Shown piece by piece: positions 49,071 through 58,839 of a stretch of 64,000 bases of DNA (position 1 is the stretch's first letter; each line of letters starts with the position of its first letter). This stretch comes from an uncultured Collinsella sp. (GTDB taxonomy: Bacteria > Actinomycetota > Coriobacteriia > Coriobacteriales > Coriobacteriaceae): contig URRB01000010.1 of assembly GCA_900550195.1 (NCBI GenBank), positions 11,979-75,978 on the forward strand, read 5' to 3'. The translations under genes and the position numbers were made by a program. The notes under the pieces are model-generated. The model did no database searches. It was not told where the DNA came from and worked only from the letters and a program-made list of their open reading frames with translations.

Positions 49071-51752
49071 ATGGCACAGACCACGACAGATACTTCCGCC
49101 AGCACCGTTTCCGGCGCCGGCGCCGCCAGCTCGTTCTCGGGCGGCACAGGCACCGAGGCCGAGTTCGGCTCGCTCGGAGCGCTCTCCCCCACCTGGTGGG
49201 AGCCCGAAGACGGCAGCGAGCCCGAGCCGTGGCTCACGCCCGATCAGGCCTTCGAGCGCTTCTTTGAATGGACGGGCGAGCGCGGCATCGAGCTGTGGGA
49301 CCACCAAGAAGAGGCCCTCATGGACCTAGCAGCCGGCGATCATGTCATTTTGGGCACGCCGACCGGCTCGGGTAAGTCGCTTGTCGCGCTGGGCATGCTC
49401 TTTATGGGCATGGCGCAAGGCAAGCGTTGCTATTACACTGCTCCCATCAAGGCCCTGGTCAGCGAGAAGTTTTTTGATTTGGTGCAGGTGCTCGGCCGCG
49501 ATAACGTCGGCATGGTCACCGGCGATACGCATATCAACACCAAGGCGCCCGTCATCTGCTGCACGGCCGAGATCCTTGCCAATGACGCACTGCGCGAGGG
49601 CGAGGATGCCGATGTGGGCTGCGTCGCCATGGACGAGTTCCACTACTTTGCCGACCCCGACCGCGGCTGGGCCTGGCAGGTACCGTTGCTCACTCTACCC
49701 CATACACAATTCATGCTCATGAGCGCCACGCTTGGCGACGTCACCGCGATTGCCGCCTCGCTCGAGGAGCACACCGGTGCCACCTGCGACCTGGTCGTCG
49801 ATGCCCCGCGCCCCGTGCCGCTGAGCTACGATTACGTGACGACCTCGCTCGAAGGCACCGTCGAGCTCGCCATGCGCCGCGGCGAGGCCCCGCTCTACAT
49901 CGTGCACTTTAGCCAAGACGCCGCACTCGCAACGGCACAGTCGCTCGCCAACTTTGGCATTGCCAGCAAGGAGCAGCGCGAGGCCATCAAGGAAGCGGCC
50001 AAGGGCACGAGCTTCTCGACCGCCTTCGGCAAGATCCTCAAGCGCCTGCTCGGCTGCGGCGTCGGCGTGCACCACGCCGGCATGCTGCCGCGCTATCGCT
50101 TGCTGGTCGAGCGCCTGGCGCAGCAGGGATTGCTGCCCGTCATCTGCGGCACCGACACACTTGGCGTCGGCATCAATGTGCCCATCCACACCGTGGTGCT
50201 CACCGCGCTCACCAAGTTCGATGGTTACAAGATGCGTCGCCTGCGCGCCCGCGAATTCCATCAGATCGCCGGTCGCGCCGGCCGCTCGGGCTTCGACACC
50301 GAGGGCATGGTCATCGCCGAGGCGCCGGAGCACGAGATTGAGAACGCCAAGCTCATGGCCAAGGCGGGCGATGACCCCAAAAAGCTCCGCAAGATTAAAA
50401 AGAAGAAAGCTCCCGAGGGCTTTGTCACCTGGAACAAGCAGACCTTTGAGCGCCTGATCGAGACGCAGCCCGAGACGCTCAAACCGCGCCTGAGCATCAC
50501 GCACTCCATGGTGATTAGCGTGGTCGAGCAGGGCGGCAACGCCCGTGCCCGCGTGCACGATCTCATCGAGACGAGCCTGCAAACGCCCGAGGAAAAGGCG
50601 AAGCTCGAGGTTCGCGCCGACGAGATCTTCGCCACGCTCATCGACTCCGGCGTCGTCGTGCGCACCGAGGTGCCGCTCGCACCCGACGCCCCAGCCGACG
50701 CCGCGCCCGACATCGACTATGCGCTGACAGTCGACCTGCCCGAGGACTTTGCGCTCGACCAGCCGCTCTCACCGTTTTTGCTTGCCGCGCTGGAGCTACT
50801 TGATCCCGAGAGCGAGACCTATACCATGGACCTCATCTCGATGGTTGAGGCGACGCTCGAGGACCCCAAACAGGTGCTGCGCGCGCAGGAGCGTACCGCG
50901 CGTGACCGTGCCATGGCCGAGATGAAGGCTAACGGTGTCGAGTACGAGGAGCGCCTGGAGCGCATCCAAGATGTCACCTACGAAAAGCCGCTCGAGGAGC
51001 TGCTCGACGCCGCCTTTGATAAGTACTGCCAGGAAGTGCCCTGGGCCAACGACTACCAGCTCTCGCCCAAGAGCGTCCTGCGCGATATGCTGGAAAGCGC
51101 GAGCGACTTTAAGGGCTATATCCAAAAGCTCGGCATCGCCCGCTCCGAGGGCATTCTGCTGCGCTACCTGGCCGAGGCCTACCGCTCGCTCGATCGCACC
51201 GTGCCCATTGAGAAGCGCGACGAGCGCTTGCGCGACATCATTTCGTGGCTGGGCTTTGTGGTGCGCTCGGTGGACTCGAGCCTGGTGGACGAGTGGGAGA
51301 ACGCCGGCAACCCGGCTGCGCTCGACGCCGCGCCGCCGCAGGGCATCGACGAGGTCGTGGCAGACCGCCGTGGCTGCACCCTGCTGGTGCGCAACGCGCT
51401 CTTCCGCCGCGTGACCCTTGCCGCCCGCGAGCATGTTCGCGACCTGGGCGCGCTCGACGACGACTGGGGCATGAGCGAGATCCGCTGGCAAAAAGCACTC
51501 GACGCTTACCACGAGCAGCACGAGGAAATCCTCACCGACGGAGATGCCCGCAGCGCCGCGATGTTTTCCATCGACGAGTCCGACGAGAAGACCGCGCACG
51601 TATGGCACGTGCACCAGATCTTTGCTGACGAGGATGGCGACCACGATTTTGGCATCATGGGCGATGTCGATCTGGACGCCACGCAAGACGGTGGCGAGGT
51701 CGTCTTCAAAAACTACCGCGTCGGCTTTATCGAAGACCTGCTCGAGGACTAG
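49071..51752 (+). CDS. Ski2/HelY-like DEAD/DEAH helicase with DUF3516
   Basis: TPTGSGKS, APIKALVSEK, DEFH, MSAT, HHAG, QIAGRAGR, LDQPLSPF. Confidence 0.88.
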   Translation: MAQTTTDTSASTVSGAGAASSFSGGTGTEAEFGSLGALSPTWWEPEDGSEPEPWLTPDQAFERFFEWTGERGIELWDHQEEALMDLAAGDHVILGTPTGSGKSLVALGMLFMGMAQGKRCYYTAPIKALVSEKFFDLVQVLGRDNVGMVTGDTHINTKAPVICCTAEILANDALREGEDADVGCVAMDEFHYFADPDRGWAWQVPLLTLPHTQFMLMSATLGDVTAIAASLEEHTGATCDLVVDAPRPVPLSYDYVTTSLEGTVELAMRRGEAPLYIVHFSQDAALATAQSLANFGIASKEQREAIKEAAKGTSFSTAFGKILKRLLGCGVGVHHAGMLPRYRLLVERLAQQGLLPVICGTDTLGVGINVPIHTVVLTALTKFDGYKMRRLRAREFHQIAGRAGRSGFDTEGMVIAEAPEHEIENAKLMAKAGDDPKKLRKIKKKKAPEGFVTWNKQTFERLIETQPETLKPRLSITHSMVISVVEQGGNARARVHDLIETSLQTPEEKAKLEVRADEIFATLIDSGVVVRTEVPLAPDAPADAAPDIDYALTVDLPEDFALDQPLSPFLLAALELLDPESETYTMDLISMVEATLEDPKQVLRAQERTARDRAMAEMKANGVEYEERLERIQDVTYEKPLEELLDAAFDKYCQEVPWANDYQLSPKSVLRDMLESASDFKGYIQKLGIARSEGILLRYLAEAYRSLDRTVPIEKRDERLRDIISWLGFVVRSVDSSLVDEWENAGNPAALDAAPPQGIDEVVADRRGCTLLVRNALFRRVTLAAREHVRDLGALDDDWGMSEIRWQKALDAYHEQHEEILTDGDARSAAMFSIDESDEKTAHVWHVHQIFADEDGDHDFGIMGDVDLDATQDGGEVVFKNYRVGFIEDLLED

Positions 51753-51774
51753 CCGCACATACTGGAACAAAACG

Positions 51775-51814
51775 AAGCGGGGCCGCTGGCAATATCGCCA
51801 GCGGCCCCGCTTTT
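51775..51814. terminator. Terminator between convergent genes
   Basis: AAGCGGGGCCGCTGGC...GCCAGCGGCCCCGCTTTT. Confidence 0.8.
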
Positions 51815-51831
51815 GCACTATACGCTATGCC

Positions 51832-53589
51832 CTACTCGGCATCCTCGACCTCATACGAATCCGCCTCGGCGGGCTCATCGTTTGTCTCTGGCGCAGTCCC
51901 GCGTGCCTCGTCAAACGCCGCTTTCATGGTCTTGTTGCCCCACGTGAGCTTGCGAATGGTAAGATCGTCGGCTTTCTTGTTGGCTAGGCGCAGATTGTTC
52001 TCGGAGGACAGCAACGCCTCCTTGGTTTTCTGCAGATGGCTAATCGTCTTGTCGATCTCATCGATTGCCGTTTGGAACTTGCGGCTCGCAATCTCGTAGT
52101 TGCGGCCGAAATCGTTCTTGAACTTCTCCATCTTGGCTTCGAAGTTCGTAACGTCGATATTCTGCTGTTTGTACTCCGCCAGCTCCTGCTTATAGCGAAG
52201 CGAACCCATAGCGGCGTTGCGAAGAAGCGTAATCATGGGAATGAAAAACTGTGGGCGAATCACGTACATCTTCTCGTAGCGATAGCTCACGTCGACTATC
52301 CCTGCGTTATAGAGCTCGCTCTCGGGCTCGAGCAGCGTGCAGAGCACCGCGTACTCACAGCCTTTCTGGCGACGATCGTGATCGAGTTTCTTAAAGAAGT
52401 CCTCGTTCTTGTGCTTGGTCGCGGTTTCGTCATTCTCGTTTTTCATCTCGAACATGATCGAGATGATCTCGTTGCCGCTCGCGTCGCACTCACGGAAGAT
52501 GAAGTCGCCCTTGGTACCCTCGGACGCATCGTTGTCTTTCTCAAAATACGCGTTGGGAAACGCCGTCATGCGCAAGCGATTGAACTCAGTCTCGCAGTGT
52601 TGCTCGAGCGACTCGCCCACCATCTTGGTGGACAGGCGCACCTTCATGTCCTTCAGGCGCTCAATCTCTTCGTCCTTGTAGCGGATCAGCTCATCGCTCG
52701 CGCGCTTGGCCTGCGCAAGCTCGAGCTCGTGTGCTGCCTTGGCCTGCTCCTCGCGTGAATCGCGCACTGCCAGCTCGCTCGTCAGCTTGGCACGCGCTTC
52801 GTCGCGCTCACGCTCCGCCGCGGCGACTGCTTCCGACAGGTTCATCTTTGCCGTCAGCTCCTGCTCACGCAGCTGGGCGCGCAGGCCCTCTGCCTCCTGC
52901 TCGGACTGAGCCTTTGCGGTGGAGAACTTCTCCTTCACTTTCGCCTGATAGTCGGCGAGCGTACGCTCGGCCTCGCTGCGAGCGGCATCAAGCTCACGCT
53001 GGGACTCGGCGGCGGCAGCGGCAAGTGCCATCTCCTGGGCCTTGTCTGCAGCGGAGAGCTTCGCCTGCAGCTCGGCAATCTGAGCGTCGCGTGCGGACAG
53101 GTCGTTTTGCGCGGCGCCACGCGCCGCCGCCTCGGCAAGCTTGGCTTCGTCGTCTTTGCGTCCCAGCTGTGCACGCAGGCTGCCAATCTCACGCTGGAGC
53201 TCGGCGTTCTCCTTTTGGGCATCGGCACGAGCCTCAATAGCCGCACGCTGACTTGCGCTCTCGCGCTCTGCGGCAGCACCCTCGAGCTTGGCGCGTAGCT
53301 CGGCAAGCTCGGCGTCGCGCTTGGCAACTTCCTGTGCCAACTCCTGAGCCGCGATATTCTTCTGTTCAGTGAGCTGAGCGCTGCGCTGAGATTCCACCTC
53401 CCGTAAGGCGGCAGCCGAGCGCGAGCGTTCAAGCTCCAGTGCCTGCTCGCCCTCGCGCTGGACGGCCTTCACGCGCTCATCCAGGTCGCGCGAGAACTCC
53501 GTATCGCGCACCTGTTTGACGATATCCGCATAGCTGGACGCATCGACCTTAAAGACTTCGCCGCAATGCGGGCACCTGATCTCGTTCAT
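51832..53589 (-). CDS. DUF2130 family protein with long coiled coil
   Basis: [40 protein letters not shown]. Confidence 0.85.
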   Translation of the reverse strand: MNEIRCPHCGEVFKVDASSYADIVKQVRDTEFSRDLDERVKAVQREGEQALELERSRSAAALREVESQRSAQLTEQKNIAAQELAQEVAKRDAELAELRAKLEGAAAERESASQRAAIEARADAQKENAELQREIGSLRAQLGRKDDEAKLAEAAARGAAQNDLSARDAQIAELQAKLSAADKAQEMALAAAAAESQRELDAARSEAERTLADYQAKVKEKFSTAKAQSEQEAEGLRAQLREQELTAKMNLSEAVAAAERERDEARAKLTSELAVRDSREEQAKAAHELELAQAKRASDELIRYKDEEIERLKDMKVRLSTKMVGESLEQHCETEFNRLRMTAFPNAYFEKDNDASEGTKGDFIFRECDASGNEIISIMFEMKNENDETATKHKNEDFFKKLDHDRRQKGCEYAVLCTLLEPESELYNAGIVDVSYRYEKMYVIRPQFFIPMITLLRNAAMGSLRYKQELAEYKQQNIDVTNFEAKMEKFKNDFGRNYEIASRKFQTAIDEIDKTISHLQKTKEALLSSENNLRLANKKADDLTIRKLTWGNKTMKAAFDEARGTAPETNDEPAEADSYEVEDAE

Positions 53590-53684
53590 AGCAGCTCCTC
53601 GATGGACGCACATTTCAACTGCCTACACTCTACCGCGGCACGCGGACAAAAAAGGCGCCGCCGCCATAATGGCAACGGCGCCAG

Positions 53685-53721
53685 AACCACCACAAAGGCG
53701 CCTGTCCCCATTGTGGTGGTT
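53685..53721. repeat. REP-like hairpin with CCTGTCCC loop motif
   Basis: AACCACCACAA-aggcgcctgtcccca-TTGTGGTGGTT. Confidence 0.5.
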
Positions 53722-53729
53722 TGGGAGCC

Positions 53730-54494
53730 TTACAGGTCGCGGTAGTCAATCAGATGCAGATCGTCCTGAGCCTCGAGCCACGCCCGCAGCTCGGGGTCGA
53801 TCAGTGCATCGACTTCCTTGGTGCGATCGGTCGTAAGCGAACTATTCTCTAGGATAAAGCGATCGAGATAGCCCGGATGGCACACGAAGACGACCGTCTC
53901 GCCGTCTGCCATCTCGCGAACCGTCTGCATAATCGAGTCCTTAGGCTCGTAGCCCGGCTCCATCGAATGCATCACCATGCGCAGGTCGGTATCTCCGCAG
54001 TGCACCACGGCCGTGGGGTCGAAGCTCGCCTTTTGCTCCTTAAGGCCCAGCTCCTGCGCCACCGCCGAAATCGCTCGATTGAGGTTTTTGCTCATAACGG
54101 CGTGGGCCTCAAAGTAATCGGGCTCGCGACCCACGATCTCGACAAAGTGATCGTGCTGCGCACGAATTTCAATGCATGCCTCGTCGAAGTCAATCAGTTC
54201 CTCGCCACGCTTAAAGCGCTCGCGGAAGGTACGGCTGCTATGGAACTCACCGTTTTCATCGAGCAGGCTTGGAATGAGTGCCGGATCGGCACACGGCTTG
54301 CCCAGGCACACGTTGGTATGCTGGCCCACCGCAATGTCAGCATCCGCCACGAGTGACCAGCCATGCTCGGCCTCGGGCATATTTGGCATGAGTCCCACCG
54401 AGCACACCAGGCCCTCATCGACGCTGCGGGCAATCCCTAAGTCAACGGCGTACGAATAACCGATATCGTCGGCACGAATAAGCAGTTGTTTCAT
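53730..54494 (-). CDS. ChbG/YdjC family carbohydrate deacetylase
   Basis: RADD.G, GQH.N, E..AQ, CHPGY motifs. Confidence 0.85.
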   Translation of the reverse strand: MKQLLIRADDIGYSYAVDLGIARSVDEGLVCSVGLMPNMPEAEHGWSLVADADIAVGQHTNVCLGKPCADPALIPSLLDENGEFHSSRTFRERFKRGEELIDFDEACIEIRAQHDHFVEIVGREPDYFEAHAVMSKNLNRAISAVAQELGLKEQKASFDPTAVVHCGDTDLRMVMHSMEPGYEPKDSIMQTVREMADGETVVFVCHPGYLDRFILENSSLTTDRTKEVDALIDPELRAWLEAQDDLHLIDYRDL

Positions 54495-54572
54495 AACGAC
54501 TCCAATCTATGGAAAAGGGCACTTGGAGTATAGCCAAGTGCCCCGGGAAATTATCCCACCTAAACAGATGCT

Positions 54573-56021
54573 TTAAGCCTTAGCGGCAGCTGCATCCTCA
54601 TCGAGCTGCTCCTTGGTAAAACCAAAGAGGTAGGCGATGGCAGCGGCGGAAATAAACGCAACGCCCGAAGCAACGCAGCCCCAAACGAGGTTGGCCGTTC
54701 CGCCGGCAACAAATCCGGTAATAGCCAGAATATTCGTTGCGCCCAAAACATACGTCGTCACGTTCGTGAGGGCCGCGACCAGGCCGCCGATAGCACCGCC
54801 GGCAACCATGGCGCCCAGGCAGCGGGTGTACTTAAAGCCGCAGCCATACAGCGCAGGCTCCGTCACGCCACCGACGATACCGGAAAGGGAAAAGCCGAGC
54901 ATAGCGCCCTTCTCGTCGGTCTCCTTAAGGCGCAGGAAGGCACCAAAGGCCATGCCCCACGTGGCGAACTGAGCAATACCGCCTGCAACCATAACGCAGG
55001 AGTCAGAGCCCAGCGTAAGCAGCTGAACAATACCAAGGGTAATCAAAACCTGGTGCATACCGGTCATGACCAGGAACTCCCAAAGCGCGGCGATAGCCAC
55101 CAGTGAAACGATGGTTAGGATACCGCCGGTGTTGCCGAGACCGAACATGAAGTTGCCGACCACGCTGCCCAGGATGGAGCCGATCGGAGCCAGAGCGCAC
55201 AGCGAAACGGGAACCATGACGGCCAAGGTGCACACAGGCACAAACACCGTGGAGAGCATGTCGGGAATGACCTTCTTCATGAACTTCTCGACGACCATGA
55301 GCACCGGCATGGACAGGACCATGGGGAGCACGGTGGCAGAATAGTTGTTCAGCTGAGCCGGAAGCACGCCGTAGACCAGAGTGGTCGTTGCACCCGAATC
55401 TGCTGCAGCGTTAACGAGCGTCATAAACTCGGGGGCAATGAGCACACCGCCGAGCATCATGCCGAGCGGCTGGCTGCAGCCGAGCTGTTTGGCAGCGGCC
55501 CAACCCAGGTAAATGGGCAGGAAATAGTAACCTGCGTTGTAGATCCAGTTATAGAAGAAGTTGTAGATATCGGAATCGGCAGCCCAAATACCGAGCATGC
55601 CGTCGCCGCAAATCACGGCGATGGTACGGAACATGGCGGCGCCCATGATGATCGGAATCGTCATGACCATCGTCTTGGACAGGTAGTAGAGGACCTTCTT
55701 GCCCGCAGTCTTGAGCGTCAGCGGCTCCTTGGTGCCGTCATCGAGATTCTCGTCGATGGAGCCTTCGCCCTTAACTCCCAGCGCAATGGCGGCGTCATAG
55801 ACCTTCGGCACGTTCTGGCCGATGATGACCTGATACTGGCCGCCAGACCACTGGGCACCCAGTACGCCCTTGATCTTCTTAACTTCATCGTCATTGGGGA
55901 TGGACTGATCCTTGAGGTTCAGACGCAGGCGAGTCATGCAGTGCGTCGCGTTCGTCACATTGGAGGCGCCGCCGACGGCAGCAAGCACGTCCTCGGCAAT
56001 CTTCTTGTTATCGACAGCCAT
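54573..56021 (-). CDS. PTS beta-glucoside-family EIIBC component (no EIIA)
   Basis: HCMTRLR (EIIB Cys), GQYQVIIG, FLP, TGMH, GVTEPALYG. Confidence 0.9.
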   Translation of the reverse strand: MAVDNKKIAEDVLAAVGGASNVTNATHCMTRLRLNLKDQSIPNDDEVKKIKGVLGAQWSGGQYQVIIGQNVPKVYDAAIALGVKGEGSIDENLDDGTKEPLTLKTAGKKVLYYLSKTMVMTIPIIMGAAMFRTIAVICGDGMLGIWAADSDIYNFFYNWIYNAGYYFLPIYLGWAAAKQLGCSQPLGMMLGGVLIAPEFMTLVNAAADSGATTTLVYGVLPAQLNNYSATVLPMVLSMPVLMVVEKFMKKVIPDMLSTVFVPVCTLAVMVPVSLCALAPIGSILGSVVGNFMFGLGNTGGILTIVSLVAIAALWEFLVMTGMHQVLITLGIVQLLTLGSDSCVMVAGGIAQFATWGMAFGAFLRLKETDEKGAMLGFSLSGIVGGVTEPALYGCGFKYTRCLGAMVAGGAIGGLVAALTNVTTYVLGATNILAITGFVAGGTANLVWGCVASGVAFISAAAIAYLFGFTKEQLDEDAAAAKA

Positions 56022-56160
56022 GTCGAATCCCTTCTCTTCCAACTAAAAGCCCGTGGGACTTCACCGCGCCAAGGCACACGATTCCGCTCGCGCCTGCGCA
56101 GCGCGCGATGCCCGTTGGCAAGAGATTTCATTGCATGTGATTCCCGGGTGGATCGACATG

Positions 56161-56250
56161 AAAAAAGCCCCGCGCACAACCGACAGAGACCCAATACGGA
56201 CCTCGGCAGAATCGGTAGTGCCTCTCGGAGCTGCGCCGTGAGTAACACCC
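56161..56250 (-). promoter_or_regulatory. RAT antiterminator site overlapping an intrinsic terminator in the PTS leader
   Basis: Minus strand GGGTGTTACT...AGGCACTACC (56250-56214) overlaps a long stem ending CGGGGCTTTTTT; -10 TATACT at 56262-56267. Confidence 0.8.
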
Positions 56251-56367
56251 AACACACGGCGAGTATATGCGGTGAACGCGTTCGCTGCGGCTCAGATTAC
56301 TGACAAACGGTAGCAAAGAGCCCGCGAACGGTTGCCGAGACAGATTTGAAACGCTTAGTCGCCCCTA

Positions 56368-57204
56368 CTAGTTATCTGCATTTGAAGGAGCCACGCGATT
56401 CACATGCATGATCAGGTAGACAAGCTCTTCTTGCGCCAACGCCTCGCCAAAGGTCTCCTGAATCAGCTCGTCGACACGATGGGCACAACGCGATGCCGCC
56501 GGATACTGCTCCACGAGCACGTCGTAGAGACCGGAATTCTCGGTATCGATGGGCTCTTTCTTTGCCACGCGGTCGAGCAGATAGCGTACATGAGTGGCAA
56601 AGCGGGTAAAGGCGAACGACGTACGATCGACCGTCACGCCGAGCTCTTCCTGAATAATTGCGACCGTCATGTCGAGCAGGCGCTCCTCCTGCTGCTCGGC
56701 AAGTACGCGCCGCTCGCTTGGCTTAACTGCCGCGTTGATAATCGACATGGCGATACCCGCGGCCTCGCTCTTGGGCATGCGGACGGCAAAGGTTTTCTTA
56801 ATACCGCGAACAGCCAGCTCGCCTAAGCGATATTCGATGGGGTGCAACTGCTCCAAATCGCGCTCGAGCGGCAACGATACCACCATGTGCTCACGAGCGC
56901 GCTTAATGGCAAACTGAATATGGTCGGCCAACGTAATGGGCAGATTGGGACTCAATTCGTACGAGAGCTGCCCGGTTGCGATATCTGCCAGCTGAGCAGA
57001 AAACTCCAGCACCTCGGGATCAACCTCGTCGATAAACGCCAGGTACTTTGAATCGACGCCGTAAAAGGTGCGGGTGATGACATCCAGGTCGACCTCGTGG
57101 GGCATATCGCCAAAGCCGATACCGCGACCCAACGCGATAAGCTGACGCCCCGCACCATCTTCGCAGATGGCAGCGTTGTGGTTAATGCGCTGGATAGCCC
57201 TCAT
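56368..57204 (-). CDS. BglG/LicT-family PRD transcription antiterminator
   Basis: IN.N, G.GIGF (CAT domain), L.DHI.FAI.R, RF.TH, E..YL..HV.R. Confidence 0.92.
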   Translation of the reverse strand: MRAIQRINHNAAICEDGAGRQLIALGRGIGFGDMPHEVDLDVITRTFYGVDSKYLAFIDEVDPEVLEFSAQLADIATGQLSYELSPNLPITLADHIQFAIKRAREHMVVSLPLERDLEQLHPIEYRLGELAVRGIKKTFAVRMPKSEAAGIAMSIINAAVKPSERRVLAEQQEERLLDMTVAIIQEELGVTVDRTSFAFTRFATHVRYLLDRVAKKEPIDTENSGLYDVLVEQYPAASRCAHRVDELIQETFGEALAQEELVYLIMHVNRVAPSNADN

Positions 57205-57277
57205 GGAATCATCGCTCCTATTAAAACGCGCCGCGCAGACCATCCGCGCGGCGCGTTCATTCTACCTGCACTTCCAA

Positions 57278-57823
57278 TTACAGTCCAAAGAAGCTCAAGA
57301 TCTGATCTCGACTTACGGGCTTGTAGCCATTGGCGTCGAGGCCAACATCGTAGCGGTAAACGGGACGCTCGCGATCACGGTTGCGCGTGTTGGTGCGGTC
57401 TCCCCTGCTGTGGATATGTCCGTGCAGCATAATGGCGCCACGCGCTTTGCCGTTCCAACTGAGCATGGGGTAATGGCTCAAAACCAGGCGATGTCCCTTG
57501 GCATAGCCGGGGGCAATTTCCAGGTAATCGCGCACGTCATCCCAAATGTGCGGTGCGTCCGGATCTTCCCAATCGCCGTCATGGTTACCGCGGATGAGCG
57601 TCACGTTCTGACAGGCAATGCGCTCGCGCAGGAGCACGGCCTCCGCCATGGGCAAGCGATACGTAAAGTCTCCCAGGATATAGAGGCGGTCGTCCGCAGC
57701 AACGCACTCGTTAATGGCGTCAATAACCTTGCGGTTCATCTCCTCGACCGAGGCGAACGGCCGATCCATATCGTGCAGGATATTCGTATCGCCCAGGTGC
57801 AGGTCGGCGGTAAACCACATCAT
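57278..57823 (-). CDS. Calcineurin-like metallophosphoesterase
   Basis: DLH, GDF, GNHD, SHYP, HGHIH, DVG.D. Confidence 0.88.
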   Translation of the reverse strand: MMWFTADLHLGDTNILHDMDRPFASVEEMNRKVIDAINECVAADDRLYILGDFTYRLPMAEAVLLRERIACQNVTLIRGNHDGDWEDPDAPHIWDDVRDYLEIAPGYAKGHRLVLSHYPMLSWNGKARGAIMLHGHIHSRGDRTNTRNRDRERPVYRYDVGLDANGYKPVSRDQILSFFGL

Positions 57824-57889
57824 CGTCTGTGTCCTCATTTCGCAACGCGTCTAACACGTTCCTAGTATACAGACGCTTTGGCGCAGCGG

Positions 57890-58069
57890 TTACCCAAAGA
57901 GCCCGCCAAACAGTCCACGGCGGCGCTTGTCATTCTTCTTCGATACGTCGTCCCGTGCGTTCTTATCCTTCCGCTTTTCTCGATCCTGCTCCAGCTCATC
58001 GTCATCGAGCAGCAAGTCCCACTCAAACGGTTCATCCGTCAGATCAAACAGGTCGTCGTCATCAAACAT
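57890..58069 (-). CDS. 59-aa small protein absent from the ORF track
   Basis: RBS GGGAGG; MFDDDDLFDLTDEPFEWDLLLDDDELEQDREKRKDKNARDDVSKKNDKRRRGLFGGLFG*. Confidence 0.7.
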   Translation of the reverse strand: MFDDDDLFDLTDEPFEWDLLLDDDELEQDREKRKDKNARDDVSKKNDKRRRGLFGGLFG

Positions 58070-58087
58070 GACAGCCTCCCCTAGCGG

Positions 58088-58414
58088 CTAGCGGGCATCC
58101 GCCACATAAAGGCCAACGCGCACCTGATGCCAGGGGCTGCGCTCGGGCGCAACCTGCTGCACGCGGGCTTCAAACACATCTTCGTGCCCGTAATACATCA
58201 TCACGGACAGCGGGCCAACCTCGTTTCCCGGAACATAGCCGAGCTTGATCTTGCCGAAATAGATCGCGACCGCCTCGGGATCGTGGGGATTATCGCGCTC
58301 GGCACACAGTGTCAGTTTATCGCCCGCTTTCAGATCGCCCAGAACCAATGCGCCGTCGGCATACTGAAATCCAGCGATGTGAAACGATAAAAGAACACGT
58401 GAAGGCTCGTACAT
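58088..58414 (-). CDS. Stand-alone HIRAN domain protein
   Basis: IAGF.Y, L..E.DNP.D..AV, LGYVP; RBS GAGGAG. Confidence 0.88.
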   Translation of the reverse strand: MYEPSRVLLSFHIAGFQYADGALVLGDLKAGDKLTLCAERDNPHDPEAVAIYFGKIKLGYVPGNEVGPLSVMMYYGHEDVFEARVQQVAPERSPWHQVRVGLYVADAR

Positions 58415-58562
58415 GGCAGCTCCTCTAACGGCCGGAATAACCGGCACTTAACCTTATTGAGAAGTCTACGAACTCGTGCGGACACAAATAGACCAACCCG
58501 GGTCTTTTCGACCGTTTGTCGCAACGCTTGCATGCCAGAGCGCTTGCAGATAAGATAGGAGC

Positions 58563-58656
58563 ACGGATGGCACCCGTGGCAGCGGGTCTTGCCAACTCCG
58601 ATACACGTTTACATCGTGAGAAGTGGCCGTCTTCGCTTACGCGGGGGCGGCTATTT
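58563..58656 (+). ncRNA. Putative antisense antitoxin RNA of a type I TA locus
   Basis: Promoter TTGCAT-17bp-TAAGAT (58528-58556); terminator hairpin TGGCCGTCTTCGC/GCGGGGGCGGCTA-TTT; overlaps the toxin stop codon and 3'UTR; ends approximate. Confidence 0.65.
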
Positions 58657-58734
58657 CGTTCGGCCGATAAACAGGCCGAGTTCGATAGCCGCGATTAACA
58701 ACGCCAATAACGAAATAACATCGCTTACGCTCAT
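58651..58734 (-). CDS. 27-aa hydrophobic type I toxin (holin-like toxin type)
   Basis: MSVSDVISLLALLIAAIELGLFIGRTK*; RBS GAAGGGA held in hairpin CCAACTCCCTT/AAGGGAATTGG. Confidence 0.75.
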   Translation of the reverse strand: MSVSDVISLLALLIAAIELGLFIGRTK

Positions 58735-58807
58735 ACCAATTCCCTTCTAAAGGGAGTTGGCCCATCCGTACCCCGTGGCAGTAGTCTAACGCAAATGGCG
58801 GGCAATA

Positions 58808-58821
58808 GGAACACCTGTTCG
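58808..58821 (-). promoter_or_regulatory. LexA (SOS) box-like site at the -35 region of the toxin promoter
   Basis: CGAACAGGTGTTCC (perfect GAAC-N4-GTTC core); -10 TAGACT at 58783-58788. Confidence 0.55.
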
Positions 58822-58839
58822 TATTGCCCGCGCCTTTTT

